A DNA stretch of 64,000 bases, taken from positions 496,001 through 560,000 of the forward strand of contig NW_019028993.1 of assembly GCF_002105155.1 (NCBI RefSeq). The letters are read 5' to 3'. This DNA comes from Lobosporangium transversale. Lineage: Eukaryota. Numbering within the stretch: position 1 is the first letter of the stretch; every line of letters starts with the position of its first letter. Below, piece by piece: positions 27,758 through 41,470 of this stretch. The position numbers were made by a program, and so were the translations under genes. The notes under the pieces are model-generated. The model saw only the letters and a program-made list of their open reading frames with translations, was not told the origin of the DNA and did not search any database.

Positions 27758-30162
27758 ATGACCGTACCAGTTATTCCGGTCGAGCAGAATATCCTGCAGA
27801 TCCTGCAGCAGTCTGCGCCATATATTGCTTTTGAGGAAATCCATAGTATCATCTATGACGCATATATCCCCGGCCGCTTCGGCAACATCCACACAGGGCG
27901 ATGGAAGGACCGCGATATCGAGATCAGAGAACCCTTTGGTGATCTGCCCACGATCGAGAGGGAGGTCCGTTTGCTCTACAAGCTCGGAAATAGCTGTTCA
28001 CAGATTTTGCGTTTGCACGGATTCACCGTCGATCCATCCACATCCATCCCATATCTCATAGTAGAGCACAACGAGCACGGTAGCCTACATTCATATCTCG
28101 TCAACTTTCATCCACACTTGACCTGGACCGACCGGTACAACCTTGCGATGGACATTGCCCTTGGCTTGCGCTATCTTCATTACAAAGGCTACCGTCATCG
28201 CCATCTGCACTCTGCAAGTATCCTAATCGACACCAACGGATCCGCAGTTCTCTCGGATTTTGGATCGACTCGAGATGCAGAGGTGATCTCTTCACGGGAA
28301 CACCCAGCTCGCATGGGATACATTGCGCCAGAACGTCTTACAAAGAACGGAACACGTTACTCTATCGAGTGTGATATTTATTCACTCGGCATGGTCTTTT
28401 GGGAGATTACAAGCGGACGCCCTCCGTTTGAGAACCAGATTGCTGCTTGCAGTGTCGAGGACGGCTCTTTGATGAACTTGGCTCAGAGCATCATGGCGGG
28501 TCGTCGGGAGCGTCCTGTAGAGGGTACCGACCCCATCTTTGAAGACCTTTATACCCGATGCTGGAACTCCAACCCTCTGGAGCGCCCTTCAATTGACTGG
28601 ATTATCCAGACTCTTGGCGTCCTTTTGAAGCAACCTTCTGGTGCCTTAACCCGAATGGTCGAGGACCTTAGTCTTGGTGTGTGGAGATTTGTAATATGAC
28701 CTTGCAATCACGATAAAAAAAAAAAAGTATGGTCACTAACCAACATCGTATTTTTATTCCCCATCAAACAGAAGAGCAACCCAAAAGGCCTGCATATTCC
28801 GCTAAGACATCATCCCGCGACTCCCATGGATCAAGTACCTCCAGATCTGTCAAGTCATTTAGATCATATTCTATTGACAATGACAGGGACCTCCCTAGCC
28901 CTCTGTTGCGATCCTACGAACTCCTGTCGCCCCGTGAGTCAGAATTCCCTCTCTCATCATCGCCACAGCCAACACTCCCTCCCATCCCACCGATATCTCA
29001 GAGAAGAAAGATGTCTGCCGTGTCTGCAGCCTCTTCAGCGTCCTCTCCAGGGCCATCCAAGCGCTCCATGTCCATTAGCAGTGGCAGTTCATCAGGATCA
29101 TCTGGTCCTACGATCCCTACCCGCGACTCTAGACGTGTCTCTAATGTGTCATCGTCAAGCTCAGTCGAGATCCCTAAGTACGAAGTCCTTCCTAAGAGAC
29201 GTAGTGCTCAAACCATCTGGGAAGCATGTCAAGAGGGCAATGTTGATCTGACAGAATGGTATATTCTCAATGGCGCCAATCCAAATGCAGTCATCTCATT
29301 ACCAGCGTACTCCATGTTGTCTGAGGTTGCTCCTATCCATGTTGCATGCTTTTATCAGCCCGAAAACTTGATGGCAATCTTGAAGGTGCTACAAAATCAC
29401 GGTGCGATTATGCAGTTGGTGACCACAATCACGCAACAAACAGCACTTCATATTTTGCTCGAATTTGCAACTGACTATGACCTGGCGCTCGAAGTCTGCG
29501 CTTTCTTGATTCAGGAATGTAAGCTGAGTGTCAATGACCCGGATAACCGCGGCATTACTCCATTCCACAAGTTCTTGAAGAACCCACATTTGAGTGCCAG
29601 ACCCTCAGTTGCAGCATCAGAACTCTACACTCTTCTTCGCGAGCGTGGTGAAGCCAATCTGAGCATGGAGACTCACCAAGATGGAAATGCTCTTGGTATG
29701 GCCGCAAGATATCTGCGTGTCGACTTACTTAAGCTATTCCTCCTCACAGATATCACCTGCTCAGAGCCACGCAGCATAGCTTACGCTCTAAACCAAGTGG
29801 AGGCACCCTTGAGTGAGAGTCGACCCTCGAAGGCAGCTCAAGATTTGTGCCGAGCAATTTTGATGGAGTGGACTGGAGATCGAGGCGAAAACAAGCGTAT
29901 CCAGATGGCAGAGCGTATTCTGGAGCACCAAGGCCTCTCTATGGCCCATTCTCCACCATCTTCAGGACCTAAAGGCCGCAAACAGAGTATAGGACTCTTA
30001 AGCATTGGCAAATCCAAGAAAAACAAGGAGGAGACGATACCGCCAGTACCTACTCTACCAACCAAGGTTGCAAATGAGGTGGATATTGCAAGGAAGATCC
30101 TTCATAGCACCTCCGCCAAGCAACAAAAGCTTAAGGCATTCATGGCTCAATCAGGATTCTAA
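27758..30162 (+). CDS. Tyrosine-kinase-like (TKL) pseudokinase with C-terminal ankyrin repeats, ~769 aa; exons 27758-28676, 28772-30162
   Basis: Kinase-fold motifs GRFGNIH, DFG, YIAPE, DIYSLGMVFWEITSGRPPF, CW..P.ERPS. Ankyrin-like IWEACQEGN, APIHVAC, TALHIL, GITPFH, NALGMAA. Phase-1 intron GT(28677)..CAG(28771). Confidence 0.88.
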
Positions 30163-31173
30163 AGGATTTTCATGTTTCCAATCTTTTTTGACGTTCTTTA
30201 TCTCACGAAATTTTGCATTCTCCTTTAAACTATTGTAAATAATTTTTTTTGTTTGTTTATTTTTTTGTTTGTACAGTTTTCACCATAATGATATTCAAAG
30301 CATTCACACACATTCTTGCATTGTTATGATTCACATCTCCATCAGCGTAAATAAAATAAAAAGAAAAAAAAATCAGCACAGACTCTCAATGCTCACTAAT
30401 GACCATGTTAGATAATCCTGCACAAAAAAAGTACTCCATTTTTTATTCCTCCACAAATGATGTCCCAACATGAAAAAGTAGCTGGAACATAGAAAAGGAG
30501 ATGACATGCAGGCACCTTGTCAGGAGAAAAGGACTATGCGTCCAAATTTTGGCTTATTAGACATACCGTAAATTGAAAAAAGAGCCATTGTGATTAGTTG
30601 GATGGATAGGAGGCTTTATTTCACATCTCTAAGGACCAATTCCAAATCGATGGATGAGTTTTATTTTCTCTATTCTTTGAAAATGGACATGTCTTTCATT
30701 CAGATATCACTTGCCCCAAAAAAAAAAAAAAAAAACCATTTCGCAGGAAAGAGATGTGTGGTTACACCACCCCTGTGTACTGTACCCTTTTTTCGTTTAA
30801 AATCTGCACCTGCACATTGTGCATCCTGCATCCTGCAGGCGGTAAACCTGTCACCTGCAGCTTGCACCATCTCCCCTTTTTCCCTCCACCTCCGCCTCCA
30901 CCTTCACTTCCCTTGTATTACCCATTGATGTCGAAGGGTTTTTTGTAAGAACCCCTGGTACTATGTCTCCGTCAGCACTTACGAAACATCCATTTCTTCT
31001 TTATTTATGCTGCACGCACAACGACTGCATGAAAAGAGACTGAATAGAGAGTACCTTTGAGCTCTATTCCGTGCACATGAACAGACATGTAGCCACTAAC
31101 ACAAGACTAACACAATGTAAACAACGTTCTGATTGTTAATTCTGAATCATTAATTGCATCAGTGTGTCAGACA

Positions 31174-31204
<31 letters not shown>

Positions 31205-31548
31205 CTCGCATCAAGTTACCAACTCGTTAATGTTCCGAGCTCAGAGATCGCAGAAGGAAAAAGTACGAAATGAAATAAGAGCGCAAAGTCTTTTTTTAAA
31301 CTTCCTCCACTTGGGATCAAGCCTCCTTCTGCAACTTAGTTTTCAACATATGATCCACAGACATGGTCAGTTGTTGATAAACAGCAAACTGCAGCAACAA
31401 CAAGTGGAGCAACTCCCTTTTTGCTATTGGAACAAATGTTTGAATCCTAAAATCCTCATCAACATTCCCCTGATCATAAAAACCACCCCTTTTTGCCTAA
31501 AATGTCTGCCTGGAAAATGAATATCGCTTGTCAGCCTGGAACGCTGAG

Positions 31549-31574
31549 TTTGTTGTTGTTGTTGTTGTTGTTGT
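31549..31574. repeat. (TTG)n microsatellite
   Basis: About eight tandem TTG units, intergenic. Confidence 0.85.
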
Positions 31575-33056
31575 TTTGTTGTTATCATTGCTGCTACTGC
31601 CTTCGATCTGTTTATATCCTTCTGTCAGTCTTTTTTCTTTTTCTCATTCCTTTTTCTATCCACTTCAAGTTAGTATACTTTGCATATTCATTCAAAAATG
31701 TAGAACACACTTCGAACGTTACTTTTAGTGACACAGTGACAGAGAGCAACGTTGTAACAATAATACTTGATGATAGCAGTTAGTTCTCAACAACAGTTGC
31801 TTCTACTTAGTATGGGTGCTTGAGATCAAAAATGTAACGCGACAAAATTAGCTCCCGCCGCGCGACTGATTGGCAACACAATCGAATCTCTAATGTTCTT
31901 TGTGTTCCTCTCCTTCTTTGCCCTCCCCCTGTTTTTTTTTTCTGTTCCTCCCATGCTTGTGTGCTCGTGCACATGCCCACGCCCTGGTCCTCTCTTTTCC
32001 CCTGCTTATTTGTTTCTCTCCAAGATCTCGATGGAAATCATTCACATAACGCGTTTGTACATGTACACAAATGCTATTTTTTTTTTTTTTTTCCCTCCGA
32101 CCGGCTATTCCTAGTCTAACCACATCATTTTTTTTTTTTTTTTTTTTTTTCCTTATAAACATTTGGACGGGTATTGTTGTAATCCACAGCATGGGATGAC
32201 CGCATTCCAAAGGCAAAAGAATCCTTGATAGTGGAAGACAGTGGCATATGTCGTGGTTCCGCACTGATCCATCACTTTTTTTTCCTCCCTTCGCCTTTCA
32301 TTTCCAAATGTTATTCCTAGTCTGCTAAATCTATATTTTTTCCTTCCTCCCTTACTTGGCTCCTTTTACCACACATTCTTTGACCAATTAGGTGGACTTT
32401 TTGCTTGAATTTAAAACTTCTTTTGCGTATGTATTTTTCTTTTTTCTTTAGTCGTTTGGATACGTCTGTATTCTAAAAAGACGCGACAATAGGGGGGGTG
32501 AATGGTCTATTCACTCTCTGCCCTCTGTCCCGCTCATCCCGCGAGCCAAACTCCTGAATAGAAAAAGTATCAAGTCATTTTCCTTCTGGCCCCAGCACGG
32601 ATCGTAAACGTTCAAGTTTGCGTTCATTTGTCCAGTTCTCTCTCCTATTGCCGGTCAAATAGGAAATGCGTTATTTCACAGAGATCCACAGCTTGTTCTC
32701 TATTTGAATTTATACTTCTCTTATAACCGTTGTAACCAAAAACATTTATCCCAAATATTGCACATTCGTCGTGTTCACCCTTTTTTTTCCCTCTAGGTTT
32801 GGAATAGGAAGCATCTCTCTTTTTTTTTTTTTTTTTTTTTTTTATAGTGGAGTAAATACGAGTAATCCTCTTTGTTTTGAATGTTCCACCTTTGGATTGT
32901 ATTTTTCAACTCGGTTTGTTCAGTAAACAGGATAGCAGAAAAATGGACCGAGATGTTTCTTCTGTGATTACTCGATGCGATATTCTCCTTTTACTTTTCC
33001 CTCACTCATACTCCATTCAATGGGCCTCTACAGGGTGCTCGCACCGTCTGTCTCCT

Positions 33057-33091
<35 letters not shown>

Positions 33092-34208
33092 CCCTTCTCT
33101 CTTTTCTTCTCACATCTTTTCATCTTCATATTCCCTCTGTTCCATTCGACGAACTACTTCATTCACCCCTCTTCTCCTTCCTCCTTTACATCCTTCTTCG
33201 TTCTCCTGTGTGTCCTTCCTCACTCGCACATCTCTCTCCTTACTGTTCTTCCAATATTAAGTCACTCAGCTTCATCGTTAAAATTGTCGTTTATAGTACG
33301 TTTTCTCTTGAACCTGCTTTTTCTTCCTTTCCTTCTCTCTGTTATTGTCGCTCGTTTTTCCTTCTCTACTCATTTGAATACAATACCAGACTTGATCGTG
33401 ACTTTCCCCAGATTGTTTTATCTTCACCCCTTGTAAGCCTTCGTTCGTACAGCTAGTACATCGCACACTCGACTCACAGCTGTAAGCCTGTCTTTATTCT
33501 TCAAACATGAGCTCCTTTTTTCTCTCCCTCTTACTCCTCCCCTACCTCCTGCCTTCCAAGCTCTCTTCTCTGCTCCTTCTCCGTTGTCTTCCTATCTTGC
33601 ATCGACGCGTATTGTCCAATGTACTAGAGACGCGATGGAGAACATATCATAATCTCATCAAGCTTATTGTCCTCAACATCTGTTTTTCTCTTTCTTTAGC
33701 TTTCTCTATATTTGATCTTATTCACAGTAGAGTTATTTAATTCTTTAGTGGTTGAGCGCAAAAAAAAAAAAAAAAAAAAAAAAAGAGTGGGAAAAAAAGT
33801 CGGCTTGGTCGTTGGTATTACAGAAGAATTTGTCTATATCATCCGAGCGCGGCTTACATACGCGTTTCTAAAGCTAAATCGATTGCCTTTGAGCTGTTCG
33901 TTTGATCTGACTGGCCATGTCAAGCCCTTGAATTGACATGCAGATACTCTTTGTTTGATCTCAATCGTTCAGAAGCCAGTTTGGATATTTTCCTCAACTA
34001 AACCAACTACCCCTACTCCTATATTTAATTTTATTTTTACTTCCTCCATTGCCCTTCAGGTCATCAAAACCAGTTTTGTCGTTTTCTCTTCTTGCGGAGA
34101 TCTATCTGTATAGCTTATATTTACTTTTGTTCAGTCTACAACCGATCGTTTACTTGCTCACACACTCAATTCAATATCTTTTTTCTTGTCGATCAATCTG
34201 GAAGTAGG

Positions 34209-34240
<32 letters not shown>

Positions 34241-35261
34241 CCTTGGATGAGTGTGTGGTTCTCCTGATTCACCTCCTGAAAAGTATTTTGATCCTTGCTT
34301 GGACCTCCTGTCCCTTTCTCCCTCCTGCCTTTTCTCTTGCACATCCCCCTACAGTTATTACAGCTTAAGTGGTAAAGAAAAAAAAAAAAGAGCACTACGC
34401 ACAGCTAAATAGTTTCTTTCATGAAACCTGCAAGACAAGGTCTACTTTCTTGATCGATCAACCCGATGTATTTTTGTATTTTTTTGTTTGTTCTGTCAGT
34501 ACGTAATCCCTTGCCTAGTGTTCATATCCTGTTGGCGTTGTGGTTGGGGCCCCTTGACCCCTTATATATTACGATTAACGTTTGATCATTGTACTGAAAA
34601 AAAAAATGTTGCAGATCGAAGATCTTAACCATTTTCTTTGCTATTTCAATAGTACAATTTCTATGTTCGTTAAAACCACAAGTTATTCATTGCATTCTCC
34701 CCATCTCCCTGAAATCATTACCAGATGTTTCTTTGTTCATCTTTGTGCTTGGGTCCTTTTGATTGCACTGAAACCATACACAAATCCGAATCCACACACA
34801 CAGCCTCGCAAACAGATTGATCTCTTCCTTCCACCTTTTTTTTTTTTTTTTTTTTAGTGAGATGATCTATAGCCCTAGAATACTTGCGCTCGGATCGCTT
34901 TATAAAATCTCTCCGGCTGTTCCTCTTAGTGTCTTTATTCCCCTGTCCCTCAATAGCATCCTTGTGCACATTTATTTAACAGTAAATGAAGAAGTCCCTT
35001 ATTTTTCATCCCTTGGTGTACAACAAGGGATACTTTTTTTTGGAGAAGGAACCAATTTTGTCAAAACTCCCCTTTTTCATCATTCTCGGAATTTGATCCT
35101 GAAAAAACGCGTTATTAACGCGCGACTCTCTCTTTCTCTTTCGCTTCCCTTCCCTTCTACTATTCTTACCTTTCCTCTTTTCCTTTTCCGCTTTTAGCTC
35201 TATCCGTGTTTCTGCCTCAACATCATCTCAAATAATCTTTTGTCCCGCTGTTCCAAACAGG

Positions 35262-38200
35262 ATGACCACAGCTTCCACGCCTCTTACATCATCTACTGCT
35301 GTAGATTCTTTTGACACAGCCCGAGATTATAGCCATAGCAACAACCATAACCATAATCATAGCCATAGCCATAGCAATAGCCATATTCATAGCCATGGCC
35401 ATACCCAGGGCCAGCAAGACAGCCACTCTCAACCTCCACCCCACTTTCACACTCTTAACCATAATCATAACCGCAGCTATAGCCACAGTATATCCTACTC
35501 GCCGAATTTTGGTGACTCCACAACATCAAACTCATCGAGCCAATCGCTATCCTCTTATCCATCCATACCAGGCAACGAGCCTAGGAGGAGTTCTGTTCCA
35601 ACACTTTCCGCTTCAGCTTCATTACCCTCATTGTCAACAGCCGCTTCGGCTGCATCCGATGTAGCTTCTTTTCATCATCTTCAGCATGACCGAAAGACAT
35701 CCATCGATCGGCGCGTGACCATCAGCCATCCTGGCGGTGCTCATTGCCCTCCTGCCCCTCCTCCATATCATTCCGCACAAGCCGGATCGCGGTCAAGCTG
35801 GGCAGGATATAGCGCCAGTTATCATGAGTTAGAGGCAGGTTTGTATCATCGGGGCGGAGGATCAGCGGCGAAATCAGCCGGGGGAAGCCATGGTAGCCGG
35901 GACGACTACCATCAACATCAACGTCCCAACATCGGTGGAGCCTATCATCATGCAGCAGCCGTTAGCCATGCGGATTATCGTGCCAATAATAACAGTAGCA
36001 ATAGCTTTGATGAACGCCACCAAAGCCAACCTTACAACCATCGTGAAGGGTCTTATCCTTCTGAACACCTTTACGAGTCCTCTTCCACATCATATTCAGC
36101 CCCATATACAGCTAGCGCTACTATAAATAATGGTCTCCGGATGTCCAATAGCAATTATCAGAGTCCAGCCATGACAATGAGCAAAAATCGCAATAACTCT
36201 ATATCCTCCAATGCTAGCCAGTCCAGCTCATCTTCTATGAGTCAGAGTTACCCTGCTACTACTGCTATTACTACTACTAATGATGCTTCCAATGCTGATT
36301 TTGGTATCAATAATGGTGGTTCTAGTGGTGGATCCAATAAGCATCCTTGCAAATTTCCCACCTGTGGGTGGAGTTTTAAACGATTTGAGCACCTCAAGAG
36401 GCACATGCTGGTCCATACGAAAGAAAGGCCGTTTGTATGTGATTTCCATGGCTGTGAGAAATCGTTCAGCCGCTCGGACAATTTCTCCGCCCATATGAGG
36501 ACGCATACCAAGAAAGCTGCGATGCACCTGCGGGGGTTTGATCGACAAATGATGATGACGGAACCTATTCGGACCAACTTTGCAAACAACGGTTCAGTGC
36601 TGCCTCAATCTCATAGTGCTCGAAGTAATGCTCAGGGCGATACTGTCATATCTGGAAACGCAAGTGAGCGCGAGAGTATGTATCCAGCAGGGGTGGCAGG
36701 GTCTGATTTAGGGATGGGGACTGGAGCCGGGTTTGAAAACAGACCCGAGGCTGGCGACCATGTACATCATCGACACAGTATTGCGGGATATCCTAGTTTC
36801 AGGCCAGGATCGCGGTCACCTGTCCAGTTACAGAGCAGCTTTCCATATGGTATAAAGAAAAGTCGCCTATTGAATCATGAGTACTAATATCGAAATGGTC
36901 TGGAAATATCTAATTTTACCTGTTTTTTATCATCTTTTTGAATCCGAACAAATAGGTCAAGTATCTTCAGGACCAAACTATACTAGTCAATCTGCCAGAA
37001 ATTCATACTGCTCCTCGTCCGATATTGCAGATTACAAGTGCAAGTCATCAATGCCAACAACATCATTGCCTGCTGTTGCGTCACCCTTACCCTTGCCATT
37101 CGGTCCTTTTCCTCGCCACAATCCTTCTTCTACCTCCTCCGGTATGCATCCTTTGGACTCACCTTCGTCAGATGACCTGAGCAATATTGTGCCCAAGTTT
37201 GACACCATTAAACTTGACCTTAAAAGTGCGATGAGTCATTCAGAGGATATGCCGGCGCAACAGTTTCAACGTAGTAGTAGTGGAGGAGAAGAAGGAGGAG
37301 GAGAAGGTGAAGAGGGAAAGTCTGATCGGACATATGAAGGCAATAGCGAACGTGGATATGGACAACAATCTTATTCTATACCTATGAACGGACAAAGCTC
37401 TTACCAGCGATATCCAAGTCCAGAAAACATTAACAAAACCATTGACACTGCCGCTGCATACTCTACCACCATGAAATCATCTGCTGGACCCAGTTCTCCA
37501 ACTCTTTTATCTATTCAAAATCGATATACTGGAATGAGCCCAAGTGAACACGGACGGGAACATGAGCACCATCATTATCACCAGCAACAAGAGCAGCATC
37601 AGTACCAGCAACCATCCCGTCATAATGGTCTTACAGGTCACGAGAGTGCCAACCCAAATCCCAATGGTGAGTCTCCAACATTGTCTTCACGACTTCCTGC
37701 AGTGGAAGCCATGGATACGAGTGATGGAAGCTACGAGGGGTCTATGGATTTCCCAACTTCCATTTCGTCCCATTTTATGCCGAGCAGAGACGTACCGCAA
37801 CATTCTGCTTCGTCTGCCAGCGCTGTAATTCCTAGCACGGGCTCAAGTGCAATTTTACCAGCTAATGGGGCTCGGGGTTCAAGACAGAGTTCTCCTGTCA
37901 TGTCCCATGTCGATACGCCTTCCAAAGGGAGCAAAGATGTGCCAAATGGAGATCTTCCTTCTCCCTCTAGCTCTTCGTTCGCCTCGTTACCAAGGCCCAG
38001 TAACTATAGCGAAAACAGCAGCAACAACGGAGATAGCACTATAGACGTCAAGTCTAACGGATACCATGCAGACAACTACTCGGAAAATGTACCTGTGAAA
38101 GAAGATATTGATGAGCATCACTCAGCTGCTGATGGTGCTCTTAACGAAGGCTACATGGATGCTTCCTCAATGGAGTCATCCTATCATTCTAGACACCACC

Positions 38201-38728
38201 ATCCATCTGGGCATCCCATGGCCACATCGTCACCATCATCTTATCCAGTCTCACATTGCCAAACACTACCTTCACTTGGGCAAACAGGCCCACCTCATCA
38301 TCACAGTTACCCACACTCTCAACAACCACCTCACCAATACCAATACCAGTACCATCAACAACACCAACATCCGCAAGATTCACACCATTATCACAACTAT
38401 CGCCCTATGGATGGTCATGGTCCATCCTCTCCTTTCCATCATAGGATATCTTCGATGGCATCTTCTTCCTCCATGTTACACCGGCCTCTTCATGGAGGGC
38501 TCGGAAATTCGAGTATGAGTATGAAGGGGGGTATGGGTATGGGTGTTCGTACAAGAGGAACGACCTCGTCTGCCAAGAATCATTGTTGTTCTGTCCCTGG
38601 ATGTCTGAAGCGGTTCAAGCGTTTAGAACATTTGAAGCGACATATCAAAACCCATACACTTGAACGACCATTCGCTTGTCAGACTGCTGGCTGCGGTAAA
38701 CGGTTCTCACGCTCTGATAATCTTTGTA

Positions 38729-38766
<38 letters not shown>

Positions 38767-38913
38767 CTCTAGTTATAACAGCGTCTATGTCAACATCCAT
38801 GATACCATAGATCATTAATGACCTTTTCTCAATTCATTTCATTAGCCCAACATATCAAGACGCATCAGCGTCAGGTTATTAACAAAGACCCCTGGAAGCA
38901 GCACCCAATTTAA
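35262..38913 (+). CDS. C2H2 zinc-finger transcription factor with two separated finger pairs (paralog B), ~1141 aa; exons 35262-36849, 36956-38725, 38846-38913
   Basis: [55 protein letters not shown] and [55 protein letters not shown]. Both introns are GT-AG, phase 1. Confidence 0.9.
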
Positions 38914-39256
38914 ATCATTTATTATTATTAATATGCCTTTTGTTCATCAATCTGTTCCTGTGCATTTTGCTTTGACTTTCCTTCATTTCTGTATAAAAAA
39001 AAAAAAAAAAAAAAAAAAAAAGCACTCGCAATTACATGTTTCTTAATAATGAAAGACAGCCTTATACTGATTATAATGATCATAATAAAATTTCCATTGT
39101 CACTCTGCTTCTGCCTCTTTGTCTTCTTCTTTTATTCAAAATGAGCTTTATTGTTATTTGCGACATGATGTATATGCGTATGAGAAGTAGTAGCAAGTGA
39201 TTAATCAAGAGCGTAGATTGTTAAGGAGAGGATTTGAAGTATGCATGTCCCTTAAT

Positions 39257-40989
39257 TCAGTTGCGGGTGTACCGTCGAGATGAAGAATTTGTTCCACCGA
39301 GTTCTATGACAGGCGATAAAATTACATAGTCGTTATCGTTAGTATACATACTGAATTCAACGCACATTCTTCTTCATCATGATCTATCCATCAGCATTCA
39401 TCTACAACAACAACAACAACAACAGGGAAAAACCTCTTTTAGTGCTCCAATGTACTTACTTCGTCCACGCCCCATTCGAGGATGATACATATTGGGATCC
39501 TCATCAGGGTCAGAGGTGATATGAACAGAGTTACGGCGTGGATGTTGCCTTGAAAGCTCCTCATACATGTCTTCATCATCATCAGTATCAAGCACAATAG
39601 GCTCTGTAGGTGCCGTTGCTGCTGCTGTTGCCGCCGTACGACGACCATCATGGTTACTAGAATTAGGCTGATAAGTCTTCGTTGTTGATGCATTGAATGC
39701 GGAGGTTGAATGACGTCCGTATTCGCCACCGCTATTAGACATTCCTGAACGATGTCCTGAACCACCGCCTCCATTACTGTTGCTGCCGTGATTATACCCA
39801 TATCTATCATCATCATCAATGACAATTGGTTGCTGGTCATTCCTTGGCAGTGTTCTCATCTCTGGATTCGTCCCCCCTTCAATAGCTGTTGGTACACCAT
39901 TTACAAAAGTTTCTCGCGTCCCATCAGGATTCTCCTTGGTTACTGTGGTCACGCCTTGAGCATCCGTAACTTCAGTTATAGTAGTTCGTTGGCCGTTCAC
40001 AATAGTCGTCTTAGTGGATGTCCTGGGTCCGCCACCGAATGACGATGAAGAGGAAGAGAACATAGTACTGCCGCCATCCATACCCATGCCCATGCCCATG
40101 CCCATATCCATGAATGGATTTGTACTTGTCCCTTGGCCTGACCATTGAGTTTGCGATTGGCTTGCAAATGGGGATGTTGAAAATAAGGTTGGCCTCGTTG
40201 ATTGTTGTGAGTTGAAAGCATTGCGGTGTTGTTGACGAAGATTTTCATGATGATTCATATGATGTCCAAAGTCATGACCAAACATGGGGAAGCCTCCAAA
40301 TCCACTAAACATAGAATCAAATTGTTCATGGAAATTCCTCATGTGTCGTTGATGATGGCCTTCAAACGGGTCTAAAAGTTTAATGATAATAATAAATCAA
40401 TATTATGAGTACAACAAGCATATAAAATATTAACAAAAAGAAGAAAAAAGGAGGAAGGATAAGGAAACTACCTTGAAAGTGAGCAGGCATTCCAAAAGAT
40501 GAAAAGAATGGTGATCCGAAACCAAATCCTTGATGTGGTCCATGCTGGAAGAAGTCAAAGTCGGCTTGGGGTGGTGGGTTAGGATCACCTCCAGCTTTGA
40601 CTCCTTCATGTCCAAAGCGGTCATACAATTCACGCTTTTTATCTATTGTTTTATTGTTACAAAAAATACGCATGCATTCACACACGAGGAAGGGTCAGTG
40701 CATAAAATAAGTGATTAATTTAGAAAATAACCGCGTGGTGGTATTGTTGTGGTATGTTGGACAAAAAGGCAAAATAAAAGGCGTCTTTACCATCTGACAG
40801 GACTTCATAAGCTTCACTGATAAGTTGAAAGTGTTGTGAAGCTTCTTCTTTCATATGAGGCTTCATCTTATCTGGATGAAAGAGAAGAGCTTGTTTTCGG
40901 TAGGCTTTCTTGACATCTTCCTTTGTAGCTGATGGGTCCAAGCAAAGAAGCTCGTAATAGTTTGGTTTGTTGCTATCGTCACTTTCCAT
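39257..40989 (-). CDS. Hsp40/DnaJ co-chaperone, DNAJB6-like, with acidic C-terminal tail, ~442 aa; exons 40989-40791, 40642-40472, 40371-39460, 39303-39257
   Basis: J-domain [43 protein letters not shown]-rich linker, S-rich stretch, beta-rich [19 protein letters not shown] segment. The last exon follows a TACTAAC branch site and a TAG acceptor and is the least certain. Confidence 0.88.
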
Positions 40990-41470
40990 TGTGATGCGTC
41001 CTCAAAAAAAAAAAAAAAAGGAAAGGAAAGAAAACAAGAAAGAAAACAAGAAAGAAAGAAAGACAATAAAGGTCAATGGGTAATACCACGTAAGATATTG
41101 TTTGAGTGGGGAGAAAAGAGTAAAGTGAACTGAAGCAAAGTAAAGAATAACAAGAAATGGAATGGAAACTTGAAGAAAAAAAGAATGAATTGTGTGGACT
41201 CCTTGAAATGAATACATGCAATATTGTTTAATAATGTGGAAATATTACCGAAACGCATGGAAATGTAGTCACGTTAGAATTGGTGACTGTTACATGTCAC
41301 ACGTACATAGTATGTACGAATAAACAATAAAGGGGAAATGTACATGTAAACAGTTTTTTTTTTTTTTTTGTACTCACACCTTCACTTCCCTCCTTCCATT
41401 CCCCTTCCCTTCCCTTCCCTTCCCTTCCCTTCCTGTTCCTCCTCTCTTCCTTGCACAAACCCATCCTACA

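Noticed and set aside
35329..35403. AGCCAT/AACCAT tandem hexamers
   Set aside because: This is a coding microsatellite giving SH/NH repeats in TF B, not a CRISPR array or separate element.
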